A stretch of DNA of 27,005 nt from Candidatus Bathyarchaeia archaeon (GTDB taxonomy: Archaea; Thermoproteota; Bathyarchaeia; Bathyarchaeales; Bathycorpusculaceae). Both the position numbers and the translations under genes were made by a program. The stretch spans positions 1 to 27,005 of the forward strand of contig JBBFKZ010000021.1 of assembly GCA_037481775.1 (NCBI GenBank), written 5' to 3'. Shown piece after piece: positions 1-8,998 of the stretch (its first letter is position 1; each line of letters starts with the position of its first letter). Under the pieces are notes generated by a model. That model did no database searches. It worked only from the letters and a program-made list of their open reading frames with translations, and was not told where the DNA came from.

Positions 1-723
1 GTGGTTCTCATTCATTAACTCGCCAACTTTTCTTAGGTTAAACTCTTCCAGCGCCTTCCTCGCCTCGAAAGCCAACGCCTCTGCCTGCTTAAACAGCGCC
101 TCGTATTTCTGCGGGTTTTTCTTTTTTCTCTCCGCGACGCCCTCCACCATGGCCTTGGTGTTTGCCACGATGCCGGTGCTTCCGATTACGATTTCAACCG
201 GCTTCTGTATGCTTAAACGCTCAATTATGTTTGGGCCGCTCGCTATGTTTCGCTTGAACCAGAGCAAGCCGCCGTAAGTAGCCGCAGTGTTATCAATGCC
301 AGACGGATTTCCAGCATAAGCCTTCTCTGCTTCATAGGCAATCTCGTTAATTCGTTCATCCGACATGGATAGGCCAAATTCCTCAGCTATTGCCCGTGCA
401 ATGGCTACGCTACTTGCAGCGGAAGCGCCGAGCCCGCTGAAGCCGGGAAGCGAACCGCCGAGCCAAATGCTGAATGATGCCTTTTGTGGCTCGAGACCCA
501 TGGTTTTAAGCATGCGCTCTATGGATTCTATCTGCTGTGCCTTTTTTTCTTCCGTGTAGCCCTTGGAGCCTCTTCGCTCATCCTTGATGGTTATTCCGAC
601 CGGAGTTTTCTTTACCTCAGCCTCCGTTGCAGAATCAATTGCTGAAACAATTCCGGGAACACCGTGAACAACAAAGTGCTCGCCGAACAGGATCACTTTG
701 CCGAAGCCGTAACCTTTTCCCAT
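1..723 (-). CDS. mvk: Mevalonate kinase (GHMP kinase family). The N-terminal 241 aa are present and the C-terminus runs off the window start.
   Basis: This ORF is absent from the ORF track because it has no stop codon inside the window. My own reverse-strand translation from the ATG at 723-721 gives MGKGYGFGKVILFGEHFVVHGVPGIVSAID... It contains the GHMP motif PGFSGLGASAASSVA and NPSGIDNTAATYGG. The frame stays open to position 1. Confidence 0.85.
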   Translation of the reverse strand, partial: MGKGYGFGKVILFGEHFVVHGVPGIVSAIDSATEAEVKKTPVGITIKDERRGSKGYTEEKKAQQIESIERMLKTMGLEPQKASFSIWLGGSLPGFSGLGASAASSVAIARAIAEEFGLSMSDERINEIAYEAEKAYAGNPSGIDNTAATYGGLLWFKRNIASGPNIIERLSIQKPVEIVIGSTGIVANTKAMVEGVAERKKKNPQKYEALFKQAEALAFEARKALEEFNLRKVGELMNENH

Positions 724-960
724 TAAATAACACCCTTTTTGAGAATAGCTATGTGCGGATTAGATAAAAACATTCTTTCAATCGACCTGCTGCATGAACC
801 CAAAACTTCCTTTAAGCAGTTGCCTAAGCCTCCTTGATGTATACAGATAATTTGACAACAGCAAAAATTATTACCACTAAAGGCTCAGCTGCAATGGCGA
901 CGGCTGAGTTCGGTCAGAAATTAACAAAAACATTAAAACGAAAACAGCAACAACCAGTGC

Positions 961-1010
961 CTTCATATTTGGCGCATATTAGAAATTCATTGCAGAAACC
1001 TATAGAGGGG
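961..1010 (+). repeat. Copy 1 of a 50-nt repeated element: cttcatatttggcgcatattagaaattcattgcagaaacctatagagggg
   Basis: By hand alignment, 46/50 positions are identical to the reverse complement of 26206-26255. The differences are two adjacent-dinucleotide changes (ca/gc and aa/cg). The element lies in the 366-bp gap between the mvk start and the cdhE stop. Confidence 0.8.
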
Positions 1011-1050
1011 GAGCTGGGGCAGCGGGAAACCTCGTGGTTGCTTACTCAAT

Positions 1051-1081
1051 AAAAAATGCAACAATATTATGGGCTAAAAAA
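1051..1081 (-). terminator. Two oligo-T tracts immediately 3' of cdhE
   Basis: The plus strand has A6 at 1076-1081 and A6 at 1051-1056. On the minus strand these read as T6 tracts 9 nt and 34 nt after the cdhE stop (1090-1092). Archaeal termination typically uses oligo-T tracts. Confidence 0.5.
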
Positions 1082-1089
1082 CGTGGAGG

Positions 1090-2523
1090 TTAAGGTTGCC
1101 ATTTCTCTTGCAGATACTTCGGTATTTCCGAGGAGTCCCTGGGGCCTACTTGAACTTTCCAGCCGCTGAGCTCCTCAATTTCTCCGCTTATTCTCGACGC
1201 TTTACCTGGAATGATGAGCTTCCGATGTTTCACTTTATTCTCTATGCCAGTAGCTTTTATGGCGTCTGCCACTTTCTCTGCTGTCAGCTTGCGTCCTGCA
1301 ACGCCGCTATCCACCGCCGAGCCTTCAGTGTCGACAACAATTAAGTAGGCGTTAAGTTTTGAGTTTTCAATGTCTGAGGCGACGGTATAATATGTCAACG
1401 CAAAGTTAGTAGTGAACAGTACAGGTGAATTCTCGTCTGGATTACCGAACACTTTTAGACCAGGCTCCACTGCCACAGGCTTCCGCGGATCAGTGTAGAT
1501 GTTCTGCCGCAGCACAGCGTTCGGAAGAAGTGACCAGCCATCAGTGCTGTGCAGAACGAGGACATCAGCGTAGCGAACAAGGAGCATAGCCGCTAAGTAA
1601 GCTTCACGCCACTTCATGATTTCTTCCGCTAAGTCGCCTTTATTCATCCAAGCAACCATCGGAACACCCATCAGCGGGAATCCAGCTAGCTCTTCGCCGG
1701 CTTTGCATGCGGCTCTACGCAGCATAGTGAAGTTATTCAATGTGTCAGCTAAACCCTCGTTAGCGGAGGTGCCTGGATCCAGCACGAGGTCTTGAACGCC
1801 ATAAGCCAGCAAGGTCTTAACCAGCGACACTAGCGTATCCAGATCGTTCGGCGCTGAAACCACTAATGGGCAACTGTACATGAGCGCAAGTTCAGCCATA
1901 TCTCGCCAGTTATCCACGGTCGCCGCGTACAACAGCGGCTTCGCCTTCGGCGCAGCCATCAAGCCAGCTTCAGCCACATTCGGATTCAAAGCACATAGGA
2001 TTAGGGGTAAACTGGTATTTTCAACGACTTTCTTAACAGCAGCCTTAAACTTCTCCGGATCGCCCGATGTTGAGCGAACAGCAATCATGTCAAGCTTAAG
2101 CGTATATCCAATGTACTCATATCTGAACTGTTCGACGCGTTTTATGCGGTTTAGCAGTTCTTCTTCAGACATCTCGTCCGTAACATCGATTGCAATAGCT
2201 GTTGGGTTAAAGTACGTGAACTCATGTCGATACATGACGAGTTTTCCGCCGAGTTTGACGGCTTTATCTCCGACGCCTACAATCACTTCCTTGACCGGAG
2301 GCTTCAGCATCTCCTTCAGCTGATTGTAAGCTTTCTCGTACTCCTTCTTTAGCAAGGGTGAGCACTTGTCAATTTGTACTTCACGGTTAACGATTTTTGT
2401 GGCGAAAGCCATGCAATTTGCTTCGCCGCATTCTTTACAGTTGGTCTTGGGTAGAAGCTTGTAAACGTCGATGGGGCTTAGCTCTTTGACTCCAACTTTG
2501 CTTTTCTTTTCCCGTTCAGTCAT
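1090..2523 (-). CDS. cdhE: ACDS gamma subunit, the corrinoid/Fe-S protein large subunit (AcsC homologue)
   Basis: 477 aa. The N-terminus carries the 4Fe-4S Cys motif CKECGEANCMAFATK...DKC. It is the last gene of the cdhABCDE order. The ATG start follows GGAGA 12 nt upstream. Confidence 0.9.
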   Translation of the reverse strand: MTEREKKSKVGVKELSPIDVYKLLPKTNCKECGEANCMAFATKIVNREVQIDKCSPLLKKEYEKAYNQLKEMLKPPVKEVIVGVGDKAVKLGGKLVMYRHEFTYFNPTAIAIDVTDEMSEEELLNRIKRVEQFRYEYIGYTLKLDMIAVRSTSGDPEKFKAAVKKVVENTSLPLILCALNPNVAEAGLMAAPKAKPLLYAATVDNWRDMAELALMYSCPLVVSAPNDLDTLVSLVKTLLAYGVQDLVLDPGTSANEGLADTLNNFTMLRRAACKAGEELAGFPLMGVPMVAWMNKGDLAEEIMKWREAYLAAMLLVRYADVLVLHSTDGWSLLPNAVLRQNIYTDPRKPVAVEPGLKVFGNPDENSPVLFTTNFALTYYTVASDIENSKLNAYLIVVDTEGSAVDSGVAGRKLTAEKVADAIKATGIENKVKHRKLIIPGKASRISGEIEELSGWKVQVGPRDSSEIPKYLQEKWQP

Positions 2524-2539
2524 ACATAACCCGTCTCCA

Positions 2540-3769
2540 TTAAAGCTTCATGGAAACCCAGTTAGCAAACTTGGTTGGGTCAGATTTTTTGCCGCTTATT
2601 AGGTGATTTATGATTTCTTTCAGTGTCTTCACCGCGGCAGGATGCATCATCATGAACAAGTCCACGCCGGCAAGCAAAAGCGTCAAAGCCGTCGTCACTT
2701 CCCACAGAGGGCCGCGAAGCTCACGAGGCTCCCACTCAGGCGCCATCTTCAGCCAAGCTTCCCGCGCAGCCCAAGCATTAGTGGTGCCAGAAGACATCGG
2801 ATGCGCAAGCTCAACATCACCCATCAAACCTGCCAGCCTCGCACGTTCCATGTTAGTGAAGGCATAATCCAAGCCGTAACCAAGCGCTGCAGTCGTCAAG
2901 TCCATGACAATATCCTCTTTACCCAGAAAATCATACAACCGCCTATTAAGCTCACGCGCCAAGTTCAAATCCATAGGCGTAAAAGATAATGCCACATGCC
3001 CATTCTTCTTAACAAATTTTGCACAGCGTTCAACATCCATATCCTGTGTTATGGAACTAATTAAGAAGCGTTCACCAGCAAAGGTCTCAGTTATCTCTTC
3101 GAAGACATCGGCATCTTTGACTGGATCGCCGCAGCCGCCAATCACCAGCGGCACATCCACAGCTTGCGCAACTTTTTCCACTGTTTTAACGGCTTCTCGA
3201 GGCTTGGCATCTTTAAGCAGCGGGTCAATGCTGATTAAGTGGATTGTAACCATGTCAGCGCCGAACTTATCAACTGCAAGCTTCGCCCAAGCTGCTGGAT
3301 CACCGATAACATCCTTAACGTGCATCTTAACGGCTTTAGAAAGCGGAACCTCCATGTCGAAAACGTCAACCGTAATCACTGGAGGATGCAGAACAGGACG
3401 CTCAAACGTGTAGAAAGCAGGAGTAGTCTCGCCGCCGATTACGAGGGATCGGCCACGTGTTCCGCCCTCGCCTTTGGTGGCGCCAAGCTTAACTTCAACA
3501 ATTTTGCCAGGATAAGTCTCTATTGGAGGCACAAACCGCGTCTTCAGCAACTCCGATGGCTTACCCTTAACCGTCGGCGTTACCGTCGGCGGAGGCAGTA
3601 ACTGCGCAGGCAAGCCTCCCGCGCCAAACCATAACTCTAAGTCAGCGGCTTCCAGCTCAAAATCTTCCAACTCTATTTCCTTGAACTTCGCCAGAAGCTC
3701 CAGCAAGTCAGGGCTGAGGTTTAGCCCCGAATCGACCTCCCTTTTCTTTTTGTCAGCCAACGGCTTCAC
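2540..3769 (-). CDS. cdhD: ACDS delta subunit, the corrinoid protein small subunit (AcsD homologue)
   Basis: 409 aa. Its position between cdhC and cdhE and its TIM-barrel-like C-terminal two thirds fit the delta subunit. The start is GTG, 6 nt after the cdhC stop. Confidence 0.85.
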   Translation of the reverse strand: MKPLADKKKREVDSGLNLSPDLLELLAKFKEIELEDFELEAADLELWFGAGGLPAQLLPPPTVTPTVKGKPSELLKTRFVPPIETYPGKIVEVKLGATKGEGGTRGRSLVIGGETTPAFYTFERPVLHPPVITVDVFDMEVPLSKAVKMHVKDVIGDPAAWAKLAVDKFGADMVTIHLISIDPLLKDAKPREAVKTVEKVAQAVDVPLVIGGCGDPVKDADVFEEITETFAGERFLISSITQDMDVERCAKFVKKNGHVALSFTPMDLNLARELNRRLYDFLGKEDIVMDLTTAALGYGLDYAFTNMERARLAGLMGDVELAHPMSSGTTNAWAAREAWLKMAPEWEPRELRGPLWEVTTALTLLLAGVDLFMMMHPAAVKTLKEIINHLISGKKSDPTKFANWVSMKL

Positions 3770-3775
3770 CCAGCT

Positions 3776-5185
3776 TTAACTCTTTTTCTCGTCTTTTATG
3801 GAACGTATCAGGACTTTCTTGGCGTAGATTTTCGCGTCTTTCAGGATTATCTTGAAGCCGCCAGCCATTATGGGCAAAGTCGCCGCTGTTGCCACGGGGA
3901 TCATTGCGCCTTCTTCCCCTTTTGCTTCAGCAGGCGCTGTTTCTTCAGCTGCCGCTGCTTCTGCCGCAGCCCATTTGGCCACTACTGGGTGACCTTTTTC
4001 CTTCAAGAAAGCTTTCAACGCATCAAGGTTCTGCGCGTCCTCTTCAGTAGCTATTTTGTCAACGACATCTTTTGGAATGAAATCTTTGACGCGCTCTTTA
4101 ACTTCTTTGGGTAACCAGACAACACGGCTCCAGCCGCCATCAGCCTGAAGGAATTTCTTGGAGCGCATGTACTCGATTGATAAGCCGTGAAAGCCGTCGA
4201 CTTGGCGGCCGCCTGCTGTTGAGTCAGCGAGAGTTGAGAATGGTAACCCGTTTACAGTCGCGCCTTTGAAGCCTCTATGCACTAGGCCGAAGCCGTCGAC
4301 TTCTGGAATGTAGAATGCGACAGCTTCGAAGCAGCCGCATGAAGTGTGTGGATGGCCGAAAGCTGTGTAAAGCCAGACTTGGTTAATTTCGCCTAGTGTC
4401 TTCTTCTTGACGGTTTCGTTTACACCTGAATATTCGCCTTTTACAGGATCTATTAATGCGCCTTTTTCAATAGCGAAGACGGGACCTTTAGGATCTACAT
4501 TTGCGGAAGCTTTGCCGTCAAACCAGCTTATGGCACCGCAGTTTGAGTACCGTTGCGGTGTGATGACGCAAACATGAGTTGGAGCAAAGGATTGGCATAA
4601 TATGCAGCCGTAGAATTTGTCAACGTCCTCGTCTTTTAAGCCTCTGGCTTTAGCGTCTCTCGCCTCGTATGCCTGAATAGCTTGTGGATAAAGCTCTTTC
4701 ACCTTTTCAGGATCTGTTATGAAGGTTATTTGCACTTTTTCAATTATGGGCAGTTCGCTTTTGAAAAGCCTATGCAAAACTTTGCCTATGTATTCAAACG
4801 AGTTTAAGCCTTTCTGGAAAGATTTTTTACTCAGCCTTATCCAAATGTCGTAGCGCTGGTTGAGGTGCATGAAACCTTCAATGAAGTTCATATAGCCATG
4901 GATGCGTCTTTCAATTACACCTTCCAATCCTTCATCAAGCGTCGCTCCAGCAGCTTCAACCAAGACGCCTAAGGGGTAAGCGCTGCCTTCTTTCATGTCC
5001 TTTATGTCTGGGCCGATTATGATTACTTTTCCATCTTCTATTGCGTCTGCAGGACGAACTTTTGCTAGTTCGAACTTTTCTTTGACGGTTGGACCTCCGA
5101 GCTCCACGTACATGTCGTTTCTGCGGATTCTTTCACCTTCATAGATTACGCCGACATCGACGGGTATATCACTAAACATTGACAT
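3776..5185 (-). CDS. cdhC: ACDS beta subunit, acetyl-CoA synthase (A-cluster)
   Basis: Motifs CILCQSFAPTHVCVITPQRYSNCGAISWFDG and HPHTSCGCFEAV (the Cys-Gly-Cys Ni site). I place the start at ATG 5185 (MSMFSDIPV...), 9 nt after AAGGAGG. The track ORF starts at TTG 5206, which would overlap cdhB. Confidence 0.9.
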   Translation of the reverse strand: MSMFSDIPVDVGVIYEGERIRRNDMYVELGGPTVKEKFELAKVRPADAIEDGKVIIIGPDIKDMKEGSAYPLGVLVEAAGATLDEGLEGVIERRIHGYMNFIEGFMHLNQRYDIWIRLSKKSFQKGLNSFEYIGKVLHRLFKSELPIIEKVQITFITDPEKVKELYPQAIQAYEARDAKARGLKDEDVDKFYGCILCQSFAPTHVCVITPQRYSNCGAISWFDGKASANVDPKGPVFAIEKGALIDPVKGEYSGVNETVKKKTLGEINQVWLYTAFGHPHTSCGCFEAVAFYIPEVDGFGLVHRGFKGATVNGLPFSTLADSTAGGRQVDGFHGLSIEYMRSKKFLQADGGWSRVVWLPKEVKERVKDFIPKDVVDKIATEEDAQNLDALKAFLKEKGHPVVAKWAAAEAAAAEETAPAEAKGEEGAMIPVATAATLPIMAGGFKIILKDAKIYAKKVLIRSIKDEKKS

Positions 5186-5189
5186 TTGC

Positions 5190-5732
5190 TTATTGTCCTC
5201 CTTCAAATTTTTGAGTCATGACTTTTAAGTTGCTAGCCCATTCTTCCAGAGTCGCGTTTGGGAAAGACCAGCTAGCATGTGGATGATACAAGTTATCTAG
5301 GGTCATGGTTTTAAGGTTCGGGGCAAAATGCTTAAGTCCGCACAATATCAGCGATTCCATGTAATATGGCAAGGCTATGAACATTGCTAAGTCAGGATGG
5401 CCTTTACCATCGAGGCCTTGCCATTCAGGGTCAACTAGGCGATTGCCTATATCCATTGCAGACATAAACGCGGCAGGTTCATAGCCACGCTTTAAGAACT
5501 CGCTCACCATATGAGCGGTGGCTACCATGGGAACTTTTGAAGCCTTGGCAAAGTCAATTATGTAGTCGATAAGCTGCCTGCCTTCCAACCAACGCTGAGT
5601 AGCATTGCTGCCCACGATAAGTATGGGCCGCGCAGCTTTTTTTATCATTGCGACTGCTACTTCAGGTTTGGTTATGGGATTTGCTTTCTTTGTGGCGGCT
5701 ATTTCGGCGCATTGCCATGGTTCACACGACAT
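5190..5732 (-). CDS. cdhB: ACDS epsilon subunit
   Basis: 180 aa, a size typical of the epsilon subunit. It lies between cdhA and cdhC. The ATG start is 7 nt after the cdhA stop, and a GGAG lies within the end of cdhA. Confidence 0.85.
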   Translation of the reverse strand: MSCEPWQCAEIAATKKANPITKPEVAVAMIKKAARPILIVGSNATQRWLEGRQLIDYIIDFAKASKVPMVATAHMVSEFLKRGYEPAAFMSAMDIGNRLVDPEWQGLDGKGHPDLAMFIALPYYMESLILCGLKHFAPNLKTMTLDNLYHPHASWSFPNATLEEWASNLKVMTQKFEGGQ

Positions 5733-5739
5733 TGCATCA

Positions 5740-8088
5740 TCACTCCTTCTTCTTACGTATCATCCTCGGAAGCAAAGTCGGGTCGGGGATTACGGTTTCC
5801 TTCCAGCCTTTCGCTTCCAGAATCTTGACGATTTCGTCTTTCATAGTCATCGGCACATCAGCTAATGTGCGCACGAATAAGTGTATATCTGGAGGCATGC
5901 AGCCATAGTGACGCTTATGCAGGTCGATGTAGTGGCTCAGTTTGATGCTGCGGCCCTTCCATGTGTCGTTGGGTCTCATGCATAATTTAGCTATAGCGAC
6001 CATAGCTTCTTGTGGAGTTTCAACCGTTTGGAATAAGTGTTCAGGTGTTGGACCAACATTGACTTTTTCGCCTGTTCGGGCGTCGTAAACTTCCCAGTTT
6101 TCAGGTTTATCCGCCCTGCCAAGGAGCATGCGCCGGTATTTGCTGCCATGCGGTCCAACCAGGACTGGAACACCTAGGCTCCAGAAGCCAGCGGCGATTG
6201 ATGCCGCTTTCTGTGAGTATGCGCCCCATGCTAGGCCAACTGCGCCGACGCGGTTGTGTATGTAATCAGCTATTTCTTCATAATTGCCGCGAAGCGGCCG
6301 CTTGGCGAATATATTAGCAACTTTTATTGCAGCACCGGCGATGTGCGAGTTTGCTACGCATGAGCCCACATTGAGTACTCCTCCTGCAGCAAATTCACCA
6401 GGGAATTCCTCATAGAGTGTTTTGCCTTCAGCATTTTTGTATGAGCCAGCCGACATAGCTGAACAACCTGAAGTGACGACGATGAAACGGCGGAGAGCGA
6501 ACTCGCGGCATATATCGTAAACGTCTTTACCGCCGTGTGGATAGTTGGCGCAGCCCACAACTGCAAGTATGCCTGGAATTTCGCCAAGCACTATAGGGCT
6601 GCCGACATTGCGGATTTCGGTATCTTGCACAGCGCCTCTGCCTGAGCGGCAGTAGTTCTTTTCTTCAAGCATGCATCTTTCGCCCGCTTTGACTATGAAG
6701 CTGTGTATTTGCAATTTTACTGGACAGGCTTCTTCACAGCGCCCGCAACCAATACATTCTTCATATAAATCAGTAAGCGGACCCAGATTACCTTCAGCAG
6801 CGGCCTTCAGAGCAGCTGGAATCGGCAGGTCTTGTGGGCAACTTCTTTGGCACATATTGCATTGTCTACAGGTTTTTGCAAGTGTCTTAATTTCGTCAAT
6901 TTCAGGAAGAACACGATATTTTCTTCGTATAGGCGCGATTTTGGTGGCTACTTTTACTGCAACTTCACCCACTTTCTCAGGGTCAAGAATCAAGACGCCT
7001 GGCACTTTGCCGCTTACCAAGTCGGCCACTATTTCGTCTGCAGGGTCGTTTGTGCGATTCTTGAAACCCATGCAGTTTTTCTCTGAAGCCGCGATAACTG
7101 GTGCTTTGACACGTTCCGCTTCACTGAAAATATCTGTTCGGATACATTGCTCATCAAGAACTACTACATCAGCAAACCCGCCACGTACAAACCGTAGTTG
7201 CCAAGAGATTGGCCCCACAATCTTGGCTCGATCGTAATAGCGTGTGTTGTCAAATGCGGTGCAGCATAAGCCCACCACTTCTATTTTACCATCAAGTTTG
7301 CTTTCCTTCATGTAATCAATTATTCCGACTGAAGGCACCACGTTATGCCCGATGCACATGATGACTGGTTTTGATGTGTCAACGGTGCCGATACCCATTT
7401 CAATTAGCGGTGCTTCAGGATCAGCCTTTGGGAAGTCGAATGCTGAGATTTGGGCGATGTCAGCAACTTCCATACCTACTTGATCGATACGCCCCGCATG
7501 AAACGCCTTTGATTCAAAATCTAGATTGTTACCCTCTTGGCCCGTGTGCGCTGCTGAGAGGCAGTGGGTTATTTGTGTTTCACAGTAATCTAGAACTTCC
7601 ATCAGATCTCCAAGGGTCTTAGGCCTTATCCCCGTAACAAGTCGGGTGACAGGCGCCTCAACCTTCACGTTTAAACCGCCTACGTCTAATGGGTAATTTC
7701 TACCGTATTTTTCAACCAAGTGATCGACCACATGACGAGCATGGGCCGTATGGGTTGCAGCGCCAATGCTACATGCGATAAGCACAATGCGCGAAGATTG
7801 GGCAGCTATGTCTAAGCCGCATGCGCCTCTTTTTCCAGCTGTTAAATCGCATTTGCCGTAAGTGCAAAGGCAGCAGAGGTCGCAGTCAGGCATATAGAAG
7901 GGCTTGTATTTATTCAGAAGTTTCATGTCCCAGTCGCGCAATGTGGATATTGAGGGCATCGGTGTTGGCCCCATGGGCTCTTCCCATGAGTCATCGACAA
8001 TTTTTCCTATGGATACTTCAAGGTTTTTAACAAGACCGGTGGCGGTCTTCATTTCTCCGATTTTCATGTGCACGTTTTTCGTTGTCAA
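5740..8088 (-). CDS. cdhA: ACDS alpha subunit, Ni-Fe carbon monoxide dehydrogenase (C-cluster)
   Basis: 782 aa. It has the N-terminal Cys cluster CDLCCLCTYGKCDL, inserted ferredoxin motifs CRQCNMCQRSCP and CIGCGRCEEACP, and a CODH-type C-terminal half. The start is TTG at 8088, preceded by GAGGT with a 6-nt spacer. The alternative is ATG at 8067. Confidence 0.9.
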   Translation of the reverse strand: MTTKNVHMKIGEMKTATGLVKNLEVSIGKIVDDSWEEPMGPTPMPSISTLRDWDMKLLNKYKPFYMPDCDLCCLCTYGKCDLTAGKRGACGLDIAAQSSRIVLIACSIGAATHTAHARHVVDHLVEKYGRNYPLDVGGLNVKVEAPVTRLVTGIRPKTLGDLMEVLDYCETQITHCLSAAHTGQEGNNLDFESKAFHAGRIDQVGMEVADIAQISAFDFPKADPEAPLIEMGIGTVDTSKPVIMCIGHNVVPSVGIIDYMKESKLDGKIEVVGLCCTAFDNTRYYDRAKIVGPISWQLRFVRGGFADVVVLDEQCIRTDIFSEAERVKAPVIAASEKNCMGFKNRTNDPADEIVADLVSGKVPGVLILDPEKVGEVAVKVATKIAPIRRKYRVLPEIDEIKTLAKTCRQCNMCQRSCPQDLPIPAALKAAAEGNLGPLTDLYEECIGCGRCEEACPVKLQIHSFIVKAGERCMLEEKNYCRSGRGAVQDTEIRNVGSPIVLGEIPGILAVVGCANYPHGGKDVYDICREFALRRFIVVTSGCSAMSAGSYKNAEGKTLYEEFPGEFAAGGVLNVGSCVANSHIAGAAIKVANIFAKRPLRGNYEEIADYIHNRVGAVGLAWGAYSQKAASIAAGFWSLGVPVLVGPHGSKYRRMLLGRADKPENWEVYDARTGEKVNVGPTPEHLFQTVETPQEAMVAIAKLCMRPNDTWKGRSIKLSHYIDLHKRHYGCMPPDIHLFVRTLADVPMTMKDEIVKILEAKGWKETVIPDPTLLPRMIRKKKE

Positions 8089-8133
8089 ATTAAAACCTCA
8101 GTAAAGGTTTACCTACATTCAAGGGTCAGATGG

Positions 8134-8148
8134 TTTTTAAACTTTTCC
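8134..8148 (-). promoter_or_regulatory. Candidate BRE/TATA promoter for cdhA
   Basis: The minus strand reads ggaaaag-tttaaaaa, about 50 nt upstream of the cdhA TTG. It lies in the 124-bp gap after the second cooC gene. Confidence 0.35.
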
Positions 8149-8212
8149 GAAATTTTTTTAACAAAACCACCAATGCATCAATACGAATGTAATATTTACT
8201 TGGATATAATTT

Positions 8213-8980
8213 TTACATAAAATAGCCAGCGTTGCTCAATATTTTCTTCACCGAAAGGTAAGCAACGTTATCAGAAGGCAACTCAAGCAATGATTTCCCA
8301 TTAAGAACATAGTCATCCACTTGCTCATCAAAAGCAATTTTCCCTAAATACCTGAACTTCAAAGATCTTTCTGCTGTGTCTCCGAGTTGCTCAGGAAACC
8401 GATAGCCGCCTATTAGGTAAAAGTTGTCGAATTGCATACCTACTTCCTGCGCTATACGATACGCACGCTTGACATGATCGAAAGATTTCTTGGAATGGTC
8501 GAGAATGTCAAAAATATCGTTTACTTTTGACGTAATCCTCCTATTCAAATGCTCAAGTCCGGCTGGCGAGTCAATGAGCACGTACTTGTAGTTTTTAGTT
8601 AATGATTCCAAAGCGCCTTTCAAGGCAGCGTTCGGCATACAATAGCAACCTTCAACCCACTTAGTGCCTACAGCGAGAAAATCGAAATGATCGCTTTCAA
8701 ATAACCCGCTTGACCAAATCTTGCTTTCTATTCTTTCTGACGGGGGAATACCGATGGTAGTACCGCCCTGCTCTATGAATGTGCTTACAAGAAGCTCGGA
8801 AATCGTGTGCTTTCCAGCCTCTTTTAGGTCAACACCAACCATTTCGGCAAGATTCTGATCTGGATCAGCATCCACAAGCAATAATGGCGATTGCCCAGAT
8901 TCGACTAAGCATTTGGTCATTAAAGCCACAAAGCTGGATTTACCTGTTCCTCCACGACCAATAGTTACAAGAATTTTCAT
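8213..8980 (-). CDS. CooC/AcsF-family Ni-insertion P-loop ATPase, paralogue 2
   Basis: 255 aa. The N-terminal Walker A is IGRGGTGKSS, with Arg in place of the signature Lys. The CxC metal motif is EGCYCMPNA. The ATG start follows GGAGTG. Confidence 0.8.
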   Translation of the reverse strand: MKILVTIGRGGTGKSSFVALMTKCLVESGQSPLLLVDADPDQNLAEMVGVDLKEAGKHTISELLVSTFIEQGGTTIGIPPSERIESKIWSSGLFESDHFDFLAVGTKWVEGCYCMPNAALKGALESLTKNYKYVLIDSPAGLEHLNRRITSKVNDIFDILDHSKKSFDHVKRAYRIAQEVGMQFDNFYLIGGYRFPEQLGDTAERSLKFRYLGKIAFDEQVDDYVLNGKSLLELPSDNVAYLSVKKILSNAGYFM

Positions 8981-8998
8981 TTAAAACAGCACTCCATG

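Noticed and set aside
834-1052. A 72-aa plus-strand ORF in the mvk-cdhE intergenic region
   Set aside because: There is no SD; the sequence upstream is cctcc, the wrong polarity. Its C-terminal third is the 50-nt repeat, and the second repeat copy differs by non-synonymous changes and has no comparable ORF (a stop lies just upstream). It is more likely non-coding.
2963-2972. tRNA T-loop-like strings (gttcaaatcc here, ggttcaaatc at 16397-16406)
   Set aside because: Both lie inside well-supported CDSs (cdhD and the SCP2 gene). I could find no flanking acceptor or anticodon stems.
5190-5206. A 17-nt overlap between cdhB and the track's version of cdhC, considered as a possible programmed overlap
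   Set aside because: The overlap comes from taking the first in-frame TTG as the start. The ATG at 5185 with AAGGAGG 9 nt upstream gives an N-terminus (MSMFSDIPV...EGERIRR) that matches known CdhC proteins and removes the overlap.
1096-8104. Many plus-strand ORFs of 60-188 aa antisense to the cdh genes (for example 1880-2323, 2904-3413 and 6671-7237)
   Set aside because: They lie fully inside strongly supported minus-strand genes. They have low-complexity Ser/Arg/Ala-rich composition and no recognisable motifs or RBS, which is typical of antisense shadow ORFs.
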